From an uncultured Haloferula sp. (GTDB lineage: Bacteria > Verrucomicrobiota > Verrucomicrobiia > Verrucomicrobiales > Akkermansiaceae): a DNA stretch of 64,000 bases. The number at the start of each line of letters is the position of its first letter. The stretch's first letter is position 1. Under the pieces are notes generated by a model, which saw nothing but the letters and a program-made list of their open reading frames with translations, had not been told where the DNA came from and made no database searches. Of this stretch, positions 27,701-36,680 are shown piece by piece. The stretch covers positions 1-64,000 of the forward strand of contig CBFGTS010000017.1 of assembly GCA_965652295.1 (NCBI GenBank). The letters run 5' to 3'. Position numbers and translations under genes: made by a program.

Positions 27701-30685
27701 TCAGCGTTGGCGGGCTTCTGCCTCAAGTTGCTCTTTGGATTTCACGTCCGGGTTGGCGACGAACTGGTTGACCAGTGCCTCGACTTCCCGCCACGCGGCC
27801 TGTTCCGCCTTGCTCGCCTTGGTATCGGGCGTGTCGACGATCCGTCGGGTGAGATCGATGTAGGTGCGGCCGAGGTTGTAGGCGGCCTGGCGGTCGGAGA
27901 TGTCGCCGGACCGCTCGTTGCGATCCCAGGCGATCTCCATGGCGCGCTTGGTGGCCGGCGCGGAGAGGCGGATGGCCCCCTTGTAGCTGCCGGCGACGTT
28001 GTTGTAGGCGTTCAGGGCGTCCTCGCGCATGCCGAGCTTGTCGTAGGACTGCGCGAGCATCAACGCCACCTCGGGCTTCTTGGAGTTGAAGCCCTCGGGG
28101 CCGAGATACTGGCGGGCGTGATCCTTCGCCTTTTCATAGTCACCGAGTGCCATCTGGGTCTCGATGATTTCAAAGAGGGCGCGGTCCTTGTCGCCCCGGT
28201 CCTGGGAGTCGGCCAGCACGCGCTGGAAGTCCTTGATGGCCTCGCGCTGCTCGGCCTCGCTGCCGCTAGCGAGCACCGCCGCCCGACCAAAAAGGGCGGG
28301 GAACTTGTAGTCGCTGGAATCCCGCGAAAGAACCTCCGAGTAGTAAGGCAGCGCCTCCTTCGGGCTGTTGGTGTTGCGGATGAAGTCGCCGACGCGGACG
28401 AGGATGAAATTCGAGAGGTCCTTGACGTCGAACTCGTTCTTCAGGTCCTGGAACAGCACTTTGATGCTGGCGTTGGCGCGGAGCTTTTTCTGCTCGTCCT
28501 CGCCCGCCTTGGCCACCTGTTCCTCGAAGACACCGATGAGGGCGATGCGCAGCAGCGCACGGGCGGCCTTGTTGTCCAGGCCGATGCCGGGGAAATCGTA
28601 GTAGAGGCTCTTCAGTTCCTCGACCGTGTGGCTTTCCAGATAGGCTTCGGTGAACGAGCCGATGGCTTCCTCCATGCCGGCGGCACCGGGGGTGTTGGCG
28701 AGGTCGGTAATCACCGCCTGGAGGCGCTCCAGCGCTTCCTCGCCGCGGCCGACGCCCTGCATCGCGTGGATCTGGCCGACGGCGACCTGCGCCTTGTAGG
28801 GCGAGTCTGGGTATTTCTCCCAGAACTTGTCGGCATAGGCCACGGCATCCTTGAAGCGGTTCGGCGCGTCCTTCTGGGTCGGCTTTTCGCCGAGCAATCC
28901 GATCAGGTAGTTGAGCGCCTCACCGGCCACGATCGCGTTGCCGCGTTGTTCGGCGAGTTCGAGGGCCCTCTTGTAGGCCTCTTCGGCTTCGGCATCCTTG
29001 CCTTGGTTCTGGAGGACGTTGCCCTTCAGGTTGTAGGCCATGGCCATCACGTCGGAGGTGGCGAAGTCAGCCTCAAGCCGGCTCAGTTTCTCCAGCGCCG
29101 CGTCGAGCTCATCCAACGCGTAGTGGCAGTTCGCGCGGTCGTAGAGAGCGTAGGGAAGGTAGACGTTTTCTTCCGGATTCGAGTAATCGGCGAGGAACTT
29201 GTCCAGCAGCTCCGCGGAGGAGGCCCAGTATTGCAGGCGGCCTTTGTTGGAGGCTTGGAAATAACGGGCCGGGATCACGAAGGGACTCTCGGGGTAAAGC
29301 TCGACGTGCTTGTCCAGCTCCTCCTGCGCCTCGGCGTACTGGCCGGTGTAGTAATGACTGCCGCCGAGGACGAAGAGCGCGAGGTCGTGGGCTTCGGTCT
29401 TTTCCTCGGTATCGGGCAGCATTTCCGAGGCGATCTCGATGCACAGGTCATACTGGCCGTTGAAGAACAGCGTGGTGAGCATCAGGCGGTGGACCGCGGC
29501 CAGATTTTCGGAATCCGGGAACTGCTTGCGGAAGAGGTTGCCGTATTGCTCGGCCTCGGCGACGTGACCGGTGATGGAGGCAGTGCGGACGAGGTTGTAG
29601 AGGTTGTTCTCGCGCCGCTTGCTCTTCGGGTAGAGCTGTTCGAGCTGGAGGTAGCAGAGGTAGGCCCCCCGCACGTTGCCGGCCTTTTCATGGAGGAAGG
29701 CGGTCGCGGCGAGTTTCACGACTTCATTGGGATCGCCGCTGGAAAGGCTCTTTTTCAGGCGGTCGACCGTATCGACCAGCTCGGCCCGGCGGAAAATCCG
29801 GGATCCATCCTGCATGCCGGGGCGATCCCCGAGGCGGGCAAGACGCGACTCCGCGTCCTCCAGCATCACCTGGGTCGATGGCGTGAGTTGATAGAGCTCC
29901 AAAGCGACCCCCTGCATCTCCGCCTGGAAAGCTTCGGCCGCCAGCTTGAGAAAGACCGGCGCGTAAGGCGGCATCTCGTAGGGCTCGATGAGGATGTCGG
30001 CCCGGTTCTCCTTGAGGAAGGCCGACAACGCTTTGGCATCGCGCTTTTCGATCACCGCGCCGACCAGTGCCTGGAAGGCGGCCACGATGCCGGAGCCCGA
30101 GGTGCGGTAGGTCTCCTTGTTCTTCAGGGCGGTTTCGAAATGCTTGGTGCCTTCGGCGATCTTGCCGCTCTTGAGGTTGCAGATGGCGAGGTTGATGTAG
30201 AGCGATCCGGGGTCAAAGGAATCCCGCTGCTCCCGCTCCTTCATGAACTGTTCGTATTTCTTGAGGGCCGCCTCCCACTGTCCAGCCCCCTGCGCGGCCT
30301 CCGCCCAACGGAGCAGGGCGCGCTTCTGGAAGGCATTGCCGCTGCCCTGGGCCTGGTCGGACTTGTTCGGATACTTCTCGTAGCAAGTCTTGAAGGACTC
30401 GATGGCGTCGTCCCAGCGCTTGAGCCGCATTTCGCAAATGCCCTTGCGGTACCACGTCACGCCGAACTGCGGGCCGTAGAGCTGCATCGCCCGCGCATCG
30501 AACCGATCCACGCATTCGGTCAGCAGTTTCAGGGCCTCCTCCCACTTGCCGGCCTCCATCGCGTTGGTCGCCTCCGCGTTGAGGCCCTGCGGCGTCTCAA
30601 GCTGCGCGTGAGTGGGGGAGATGAGCGAAGTCGCCGTCAAAAGCGCGCCGAGGAGCGGCAGGATCGATCGCTTGATGGATTGCAT
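27701..30685 (-). CDS. Large exported tetratricopeptide-repeat protein
   Basis: Signal peptide; many TPR/YfiO-like repeats (..YPKS.., ..FPDS.., ..YPES..); start moved to ATG 30685. Confidence 0.88.
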   Translation of the reverse strand: MQSIKRSILPLLGALLTATSLISPTHAQLETPQGLNAEATNAMEAGKWEEALKLLTECVDRFDARAMQLYGPQFGVTWYRKGICEMRLKRWDDAIESFKTCYEKYPNKSDQAQGSGNAFQKRALLRWAEAAQGAGQWEAALKKYEQFMKEREQRDSFDPGSLYINLAICNLKSGKIAEGTKHFETALKNKETYRTSGSGIVAAFQALVGAVIEKRDAKALSAFLKENRADILIEPYEMPPYAPVFLKLAAEAFQAEMQGVALELYQLTPSTQVMLEDAESRLARLGDRPGMQDGSRIFRRAELVDTVDRLKKSLSSGDPNEVVKLAATAFLHEKAGNVRGAYLCYLQLEQLYPKSKRRENNLYNLVRTASITGHVAEAEQYGNLFRKQFPDSENLAAVHRLMLTTLFFNGQYDLCIEIASEMLPDTEEKTEAHDLALFVLGGSHYYTGQYAEAQEELDKHVELYPESPFVIPARYFQASNKGRLQYWASSAELLDKFLADYSNPEENVYLPYALYDRANCHYALDELDAALEKLSRLEADFATSDVMAMAYNLKGNVLQNQGKDAEAEEAYKRALELAEQRGNAIVAGEALNYLIGLLGEKPTQKDAPNRFKDAVAYADKFWEKYPDSPYKAQVAVGQIHAMQGVGRGEEALERLQAVITDLANTPGAAGMEEAIGSFTEAYLESHTVEELKSLYYDFPGIGLDNKAARALLRIALIGVFEEQVAKAGEDEQKKLRANASIKVLFQDLKNEFDVKDLSNFILVRVGDFIRNTNSPKEALPYYSEVLSRDSSDYKFPALFGRAAVLASGSEAEQREAIKDFQRVLADSQDRGDKDRALFEIIETQMALGDYEKAKDHARQYLGPEGFNSKKPEVALMLAQSYDKLGMREDALNAYNNVAGSYKGAIRLSAPATKRAMEIAWDRNERSGDISDRQAAYNLGRTYIDLTRRIVDTPDTKASKAEQAAWREVEALVNQFVANPDVKSKEQLEAEARQR

Positions 30686-30787
30686 GTCAGTCGGAATCAG
30701 ATTTTTGGAAACGGAAAGCGCCGACTCGCCGGTCCCGCAAGGGGCAACGGATCGGCGCACGGGAAATTGCGAGGGGTGCGGCCGGCT

Positions 30788-31252
30788 TCAGGGAGGATCG
30801 ACGAGGTCGGTGAAGGTCACTTTGGTGATGCCGACGCCGGCGAGGGCGTTGAGCACGTCGATGACCCGCTGCTGGCGGGCACCGCCGTCCACGTAGATTT
30901 GCACGAGCGGTTCCTGGCCGCTGGATTTGGCGAAATCCGAGTAGGCCTGGAGGTCCGCGAAAAGCAGCGGGACGGCGCGGTTGTCGTCCGCGTCCATCGG
31001 AAGCTGCGCGGCACCGGTGCCGACGAAAATCGCGCCCCCGGCATCGACCTTGATCAGCTTCGGCTCGATCTCCGGCGGCGTCTCACTGGGCGCGGCGGCC
31101 GGAAGGGTCATTGGCACATCCTGCTCACGGGGCTGGATGGTGGTGGTGACCAGGAAGTAGATGAGGAGCAGGAAGGTGGCGTCGATCAGCGATGAGATGT
31201 CCAGCTTCGGGGCATCTTCCTCGGCGCGTTCGGCTCTTTTATGTCGGGACAT
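30788..31252 (-). CDS. exbD: Biopolymer transporter ExbD/TolR family
   Basis: ISSLIDATFLLLIYFLV TM with conserved Asp; VIDVLNALAGVGITKVTF. Confidence 0.88.
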   Translation of the reverse strand: MSRHKRAERAEEDAPKLDISSLIDATFLLLIYFLVTTTIQPREQDVPMTLPAAAPSETPPEIEPKLIKVDAGGAIFVGTGAAQLPMDADDNRAVPLLFADLQAYSDFAKSSGQEPLVQIYVDGGARQQRVIDVLNALAGVGITKVTFTDLVDPP

Positions 31253-31271
31253 GGCGCGGGATTCGGCGGGA

Positions 31272-31727
31272 TTATTTGCTCGCCGCGAACGGGTAGGTGG
31301 AGAACAGCACCTGATCGACGCCGGCGCGGGCTGAGGCACGGATGACCTGACGGCAGTATTTGAAAACCGCCTCCCGGTCGCCCCGGAGGTGCAGCTTGGG
31401 CTGGTAGCCCATGAGGTCGATCTCCTCCTTCTGCTTCTTCACCATGTCCTCGATATCGGCCTCGTTGTTCAGCAGGACGCCGTTCTCGGAGTAAAACTGA
31501 CCGTCCTCGTAGATGTTGACGACGATCCGGCCGGTGCCGTCCGTCGCCTTCTTCGAATAGCTGGCCACGGGCGGCGTCACGTTGGCGTCCTGCTTGACGA
31601 TGATCATGGTCGCATTGACCAGGAAGAAGATCAGCAGCAGGAACACCATGTCGATCATGGGCGACATGTCGATGGCGAGCTCGTCGCCCTCGTCGACCCT
31701 TGCGGCCTTGAGTTTGTTGGAAGCCAT
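31272..31727 (-). CDS. exbD: Biopolymer transporter ExbD/TolR family
   Basis: MSPMIDMVFLLLIFFLV; LRGDREA. Confidence 0.88.
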   Translation of the reverse strand: MASNKLKAARVDEGDELAIDMSPMIDMVFLLLIFFLVNATMIIVKQDANVTPPVASYSKKATDGTGRIVVNIYEDGQFYSENGVLLNNEADIEDMVKKQKEEIDLMGYQPKLHLRGDREAVFKYCRQVIRASARAGVDQVLFSTYPFAASK

Positions 31728-31791
31728 GGTGGCGGGTTCTTTACCGGGTTTGCGAGATCCGCCCGCGGGGACGGATGCCGGTTTCAAAGGA

Positions 31792-32574
31792 TCAAACGGC
31801 GATGCCTTCCGGAATCTTGGCCAAATATGCGTCCTGATTCACGGTCTGGATCGAGGCGTTGATCATGTCCTCGGCGGCGTGGTGGCAATCCGCCACGAGG
31901 TTGTTGAGCTTGTTCTTGAAGAAGAAGTAGGCAAGCAGCGACGGGATCGCGGTGATCAGGCCCCACATGGTGGTGAGCAGGGCGACGGAGATCGAATCCG
32001 CGAGCTGGACCGGATCGGCCTGACCCGACTCGGCGAGGATGCCGAAGGCCTGGACCATACCGATGACGGTGCCGAGCAGGCCGAGCATCGGGGCGGCTTG
32101 GGCGACCAGGGAAATGTAGTTCACCCAGGTCATCGCCTTGCGGTTCTCGTTGACCGAGAAGTCGGCCATCGCGTCCTCGACCTGATCGCGACCGAGGTCT
32201 TCGGGGCGGGTGGCATCGACGTTCGGCAGCGAGTAGGCCATCATGCGGCCGAGGTAGGAGGGGTGGGAAGCGGCGAGCTCGATCGCCGACCGCACCCGGC
32301 AGTTGGCCATGTGGTCGAGGAGTTCGGCCTTGAGATCCTCGGGGCAGAACTTCGCCTTGGTGAGGTTGATGAAGTTGAAGACGCTGAGGGCGATCAGGGC
32401 CAGCACCGCGAGGCCGATGAAGAGCATCGTGGGACCGCCATCCAGCACGTATTTCTCCAGCGCATTCTTCGAAGCGGGGGCGTCCTGCGCGAAGAGTGAG
32501 GGCGCGGTGGCCAGGATGCTGGTGGCAACAAGGGCGGCGACGCGGCCCGGACGGCAGGCGGATGGAAAGGTCAT
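31792..32574 (-). CDS. exbB: MotA/TolQ/ExbB proton channel family protein
   Basis: APMLGLLGTVIGMVQAF, ISVALLTTMWGLITAIP. Confidence 0.92.
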   Translation of the reverse strand: MTFPSACRPGRVAALVATSILATAPSLFAQDAPASKNALEKYVLDGGPTMLFIGLAVLALIALSVFNFINLTKAKFCPEDLKAELLDHMANCRVRSAIELAASHPSYLGRMMAYSLPNVDATRPEDLGRDQVEDAMADFSVNENRKAMTWVNYISLVAQAAPMLGLLGTVIGMVQAFGILAESGQADPVQLADSISVALLTTMWGLITAIPSLLAYFFFKNKLNNLVADCHHAAEDMINASIQTVNQDAYLAKIPEGIAV

Positions 32575-32708
32575 GTTGGAGGTGGGATCTTGAAGGTTTT
32601 GCGCTTGAAGAACGTGAGGGCATTCTCGGAATCGGGCATGGGCCGGCAAGGCTAGATTTCAAAAAGACCGGCCGCAGCGTGTCTTATCCGGGCCCGAACG
32701 TGAAAATA

Positions 32709-33362
32709 CTAGCTCTTCCGGGTGAGCTTGGCCTGCCGTCGGCGGGGGAAGAGCTCCCGGCACAGCGGGCAAACGGTGCCATCGCAGCCGCGGGCGGTGC
32801 AGAACTCCCGGCCATAAAAAATGATCCGCAGGTGGAGCGCGTTCCAGTGCTCCCGCGGAAACAGTTTCTTGAGGTCGCGCTCCGTTTGCTCGACCGATTT
32901 CCCCGAGGTCAGCTCCCAGCGCTGGGCCAGGCGGTGGATGTGGGTGTCCACCGGAAACGCCGGCACGCCGAAAGCCTGCGCCATCACCACCGAGGCCGTC
33001 TTGTGGCCCACGCCCGGCAGCGCCTCCAGCGCCGCGAAATCGGCCGGCACCTCGCCGCCGTGCTCCTCGATGAGGATTTGAGACAGCTTCGAGATCGCCG
33101 CCGCTTTCCGCGGGGAAAGCCCGCACGGGCGGATGATCCCCTGGATCACCTCCACCGGCACCTCCGCCATCGCCTCGGGGGTGTCCGCGATCTCAAACAG
33201 CGCCGGCGTGATCTGGTTGACCCGGACGTCGGTGCACTGGGCGGAGAGCAGCACCGCGATCAGCAGCGTGTACGGATCCCGATGATCGAGTGGAATGGGG
33301 GTCTCCGGGTAAAGCGCGGCGAGGCGCTGGTCGATGGTGGCGGCGCGTTCGACGCGGGTCAT
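32709..33362 (-). CDS. nth: Endonuclease III
   Basis: LLIAVLLSAQCTD, HhH LPGVGHKTA, PVDTHIHR, C-terminal Cys cluster CTARGCDGTVCPLC. Confidence 0.95.
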   Translation of the reverse strand: MTRVERAATIDQRLAALYPETPIPLDHRDPYTLLIAVLLSAQCTDVRVNQITPALFEIADTPEAMAEVPVEVIQGIIRPCGLSPRKAAAISKLSQILIEEHGGEVPADFAALEALPGVGHKTASVVMAQAFGVPAFPVDTHIHRLAQRWELTSGKSVEQTERDLKKLFPREHWNALHLRIIFYGREFCTARGCDGTVCPLCRELFPRRRQAKLTRKS

Positions 33363-33460
33363 GGCGGGAGGCTAGGGGTGGGAGCCGTCACCGGCAAAGC
33401 CGCGAATCATCTGTCAGTGGCCTGACCGCGTGCCCCGATGAGTCGGCGGTCCCGGTCATG

Positions 33461-33659
33461 GACCCAAGGCTCCTACATTTGGGAGGGAGCCGGGCTCTGC
33501 TTGGAACAAAATGGTTTTCGGGACCAGGATGGATGGGATGAATAGGATGGAAATGCAGGGGACCCGCATCCGGCAGCCTCATAATATCTCATCCATCCTA
33601 TCCATCCTGGTCCACCAACAGCCAGTGGTCCTCGTTTTCCCAACGTAGGAGCCCTGGTC
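33461..33659. repeat. Nested inverted-repeat element (REP/MITE-like)
   Basis: Outer IR GGCTCCTACATTTGGGA (33468-33484)/TCCCAACGTAGGAGCC (33638-33653); inner IR GGACCAGGATGGATGGGATGAATAGGAT (33521-33548)/33586-33613. Confidence 0.65.
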
Positions 33660-33718
33660 AGGGACCCCAGATGCCCGGATTGACAACCGCCTCTTCACGG
33701 CCAGAACGGACGTGTCTC

Positions 33719-34171
33719 CTACGCCGCACGCTTGCGGCGACGCGGGCGGATTGGGCGCGGCTTGTCCGGGTGGTCGTCACCCGTGTCCGGGTTCCACCAG
33801 CCGGGCTCAAGTGGGGGCAGGCCATGCGCCGCCCGGGCGCGATCGCAGTCGGCGTTATGCACCCCGTTTTCCCAGGACGCGGTGAAATCCCGGCACGGCG
33901 ACGAGCGCGCCGGATGGATCGAACAGAAGACCGCCTCGCCCAACACCCCCTTCAAGGCCACGCAGCGCGCCGGCTTCGAGAGCGTTCCCAGCATCGCCAA
34001 CCGGTGCGGGGTCACCGGCGAGGTCATTTCCTCCGGCACGCCCTGCGGTTTGCCCGCGGTCGATTCCGCCCAGTGGAAGGAGACGCGGAAGAACGCGCAG
34101 CACGCCCCGCAGGCCAAGCACGGATTCGCCGCTTGGATGGGAACGATGGGCGACGTGGAAATCTCCGGCAT
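33719..34171 (-). CDS. YkgJ family cysteine-cluster (CxxCxxCC) protein
   Basis: CLACGACCAFFRVSFHWAE, RCVAL, CSIHPARSSPCRDF, CDRARAAHGL. Confidence 0.9.
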   Translation of the reverse strand: MPEISTSPIVPIQAANPCLACGACCAFFRVSFHWAESTAGKPQGVPEEMTSPVTPHRLAMLGTLSKPARCVALKGVLGEAVFCSIHPARSSPCRDFTASWENGVHNADCDRARAAHGLPPLEPGWWNPDTGDDHPDKPRPIRPRRRKRAA

Positions 34172-34411
34172 GCAACGAGTCGCGCGACTCCCTAGCCGGA
34201 CCGCGGCACAAAGCAAGCGTGGTGAGATCATCCAGCCCCGCAGGGCGATCAAGCCCGGGAAAGGGTTGGGCGAGCGCCCGGCAGGAGTGGCGAGTGATGA
34301 GGAAAAGGGAAAAAGTAGCGGAGCATGGAAAAACGATCACTGGTTTGAGCTGCAGGCAGTCAGACCCAGTAACCCTGCCTGGCTTTTATGGGGGGATTCT
34401 GGCTCATGACT

Positions 34412-34660
34412 CTACGCATCCCATTTAAAGCCGAGGATCGAGGCGCAGCGTCCATCGACGAGTTCGGCGATGGCATCGCTACCGGAGAGTTTGTCCCGAA
34501 GAGACCGGGTTTGCTTCCGTGCCTTGGTGGACATGGCCCTCATCCTCTGGATAGCCATGGCAGGCCCCAACTCCGCCTCACCGAATAATGAGATCCAGTG
34601 CTTGGCATCCACGCGGACCGCTTCCCTTTCGCCACCGATCTTCATCGTCCTTTTATCACT
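34412..34660 (-). pseudogene. Possible C-terminal remnant of a HipA-family toxin
   Basis: DKRTMKIGGEREAVRVDAKHWISLFGEAELGP resembles the HipA C-terminal (L/M)AMKIGG...HW..LA...GL segment; no kinase core or antitoxin visible. Confidence 0.4.
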
Positions 34661-34698
34661 TTGACCGCCGGACCCTGCGGCACCTATTCTCCCACGCC

Positions 34699-35151
34699 AT
34701 GCTGCTGGAATTCCTGAAGCGGGCTTGGCGGCCTTATTTTGCAAGTGTCGCATCGGTTTCGGTGATGTTGGGAATCGTGTTTATGGTGACGTTGGGCATC
34801 GTGGATGTGCTGGGTCTGCCCATGCTTGTAGTAGCAAATATGATGATTGCCGCGCCGGTCATGCTGTTTCTTGGAATGCCGGCCGCCTACTGGGCGTGGC
34901 ACAAGCAGCAGCGGAGGGCGGTATCCTTCAGTCACCTCGGGGCAGGGACATTGGGTTTCGGAGCGGGATTCCTGCTCCATTTTGCCTTTCTAATGTGCTT
35001 GGGCGGATTCCTTCTGCCGCTTGAGGTCGTGTGGTGGACGATTCTTTGCGGGGGGGCCTACGGAGCTGTATTCGCGTTTCTCTTCTCCTACCTCGGTGGT
35101 CTCCGGCTTGTAAAAGACGAACCGGGCCTGGAGAGCATTCGTCCTTCTTGA
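34699..35151 (+). CDS. Hypothetical 4-TM membrane protein, lower GC than neighbours
   Basis: Four hydrophobic segments; T-rich codons; start ATG 34699. Confidence 0.6.
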   Translation: MLLEFLKRAWRPYFASVASVSVMLGIVFMVTLGIVDVLGLPMLVVANMMIAAPVMLFLGMPAAYWAWHKQQRRAVSFSHLGAGTLGFGAGFLLHFAFLMCLGGFLLPLEVVWWTILCGGAYGAVFAFLFSYLGGLRLVKDEPGLESIRPS

Positions 35152-35267
35152 GCTTCTTTCCCGTCGTCCCACCGAACCCCGTCGGTTTCGGTCATTCGAC
35201 GGCAAACAGGAATTTCTCCGAAAACTTCCAATAGCGTCCCCCATGCCTCCCGCGCCACCTTCCGCGC

Positions 35268-36341
35268 ATGATATGGCCGTGGGTGATTTTTCTCGGGTTC
35301 GTGTTCGCGATGTTGGCTCTCGATCTGGGCGTCTTCCATCGGAAGTCCCACGTCATCGGCTTCAAGGAATCGCTCGGCTGGTCGGCCATCTGGATCACGC
35401 TGGGCCTCGCGTTCTCGATCCTCGTTTACCACGCCTACGAGAACCATTGGTTCGGCCTCGGCGGCCGGGTGGACGCGGTGGACGGCATGATCAACAACGG
35501 CAAGCTGGCCGCGACGAAGTACCTCACGGGGTACGTGGTGGAGAAATCGCTGAGCGTGGACAACATCTTCGTCATCGCGATGATCTTCGGCTCGCTCTCG
35601 GTCCCCGCACGCTATCAGCACCGGGTGCTGTTCTGGGGCATCATCGGCGCTCTGGTGCTCCGCGGCGGCATGATTGGCATCGGCGCGGCGCTGGTACAGA
35701 ATTTCCACTGGGTGCTCTATCTGTTCGGCGCCTTCCTGATCCTCACCGCGCTGAAGATGTTGTTCATGCGGGAAAAGGCGGAGCACCCGGAAAACAACCC
35801 GGTCGTCCGCTACCTGAAACGCCATTTCCCGATCACCCGGAACTACCACGGCGAGCACTTCATGGTCACCGCCGGCAGCATGCAATCGCGCGAGGCGACG
35901 GAACCGGGTGCCGCGGTCGAGACCGATCCGGTGGTGGAAGCCGCGCCCGCGGGCAAGCACCTGCTCACGCCGCTGGCGGTCGCCCTGATCCTCGTCGAGC
36001 TCACGGACGTGATCTTCGCCGTTGACTCCATCCCGGCCATTTTCGCCATCACGGCGGATCCGTTCCTGGTCTTCACCAGCAATGTCTTCGCCATCCTCGG
36101 GCTGCGCTCGCTCTACTTCGCGCTCGCCGGGATGATCATGAAGTTCCGCTACCTGAAGCCCGCGCTCTCGCTCGTGCTGCTGCTGGTGGGCGTGAAAATG
36201 CTGGCCAGCCACCCGCTCCGCGAATGGCTCGGGGATTCCTTCAATCTCATCGTGCTCGCGGTGATCCTCGCGATCCTCGCCACCGGCGTGCTCACCTCCC
36301 TGATGTTGGCGCGGAGAGACGAGAAACCGTCACCCCGGTAG
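35268..36341 (+). CDS. TerC/Alx family membrane protein
   Basis: GYVVEKSLSVDNIFV, QHRVLFWGIIGALVLRG, DVIFAVDSIPAIFAIT, TSNVFAILGLRSLYF. Confidence 0.93.
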   Translation: MIWPWVIFLGFVFAMLALDLGVFHRKSHVIGFKESLGWSAIWITLGLAFSILVYHAYENHWFGLGGRVDAVDGMINNGKLAATKYLTGYVVEKSLSVDNIFVIAMIFGSLSVPARYQHRVLFWGIIGALVLRGGMIGIGAALVQNFHWVLYLFGAFLILTALKMLFMREKAEHPENNPVVRYLKRHFPITRNYHGEHFMVTAGSMQSREATEPGAAVETDPVVEAAPAGKHLLTPLAVALILVELTDVIFAVDSIPAIFAITADPFLVFTSNVFAILGLRSLYFALAGMIMKFRYLKPALSLVLLLVGVKMLASHPLREWLGDSFNLIVLAVILAILATGVLTSLMLARRDEKPSPR

Positions 36342-36680
36342 CCAGGAGCGGTTGGCGGCGACGAAGCGGTAGGCGGCCTCGGCCACCGCGCGGAAACACC
36401 GCGAGCGCCGGTAGAGCGCGAGCAGCCGCCGCGCTCGACCTGCGCAGGCGAGGGCTTGCAGGACGGCGTGGGCGGCATGAAAGACGCGGCCATCGGGCAT
36501 GACGAGCTGCACCGCGCGAGTGCACTGCTCGGCGGTGAGTTGGGGAAAATCTCCGATCACTTCCTGATAGGGATGGTAAGCCACGGCCTCGCCGGTCACT
36601 TTTTTCCACCGGCGGATCCAGCGACCGCAGAATCCACAGTCGCCATCCCAGAGCATCGTCGGTCGGTCGGGGGTCGTCAT
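36330..36680 (-). CDS. DCC1-like thiol-disulfide oxidoreductase (DUF393)
   Basis: LWDGDCGFC motif; YRFVAANR C-terminus. Confidence 0.88.
   Translation of the reverse strand: MTTPDRPTMLWDGDCGFCGRWIRRWKKVTGEAVAYHPYQEVIGDFPQLTAEQCTRAVQLVMPDGRVFHAAHAVLQALACAGRARRLLALYRRSRCFRAVAEAAYRFVAANRSWLPG

Noticed and set aside
27707..31195. 1162-aa plus-strand ORF
   Set aside because: Antisense shadow of the TPR and exbD genes; long stop-free antisense frames are expected at high GC3, and it has no recognisable motifs.
35152..35267. yybP-ykoY (Mn) riboswitch upstream of the TerC/Alx gene
   Set aside because: Expected from gene context, but I could not find the conserved GGGGAGUA...GCAAGACC-type core.
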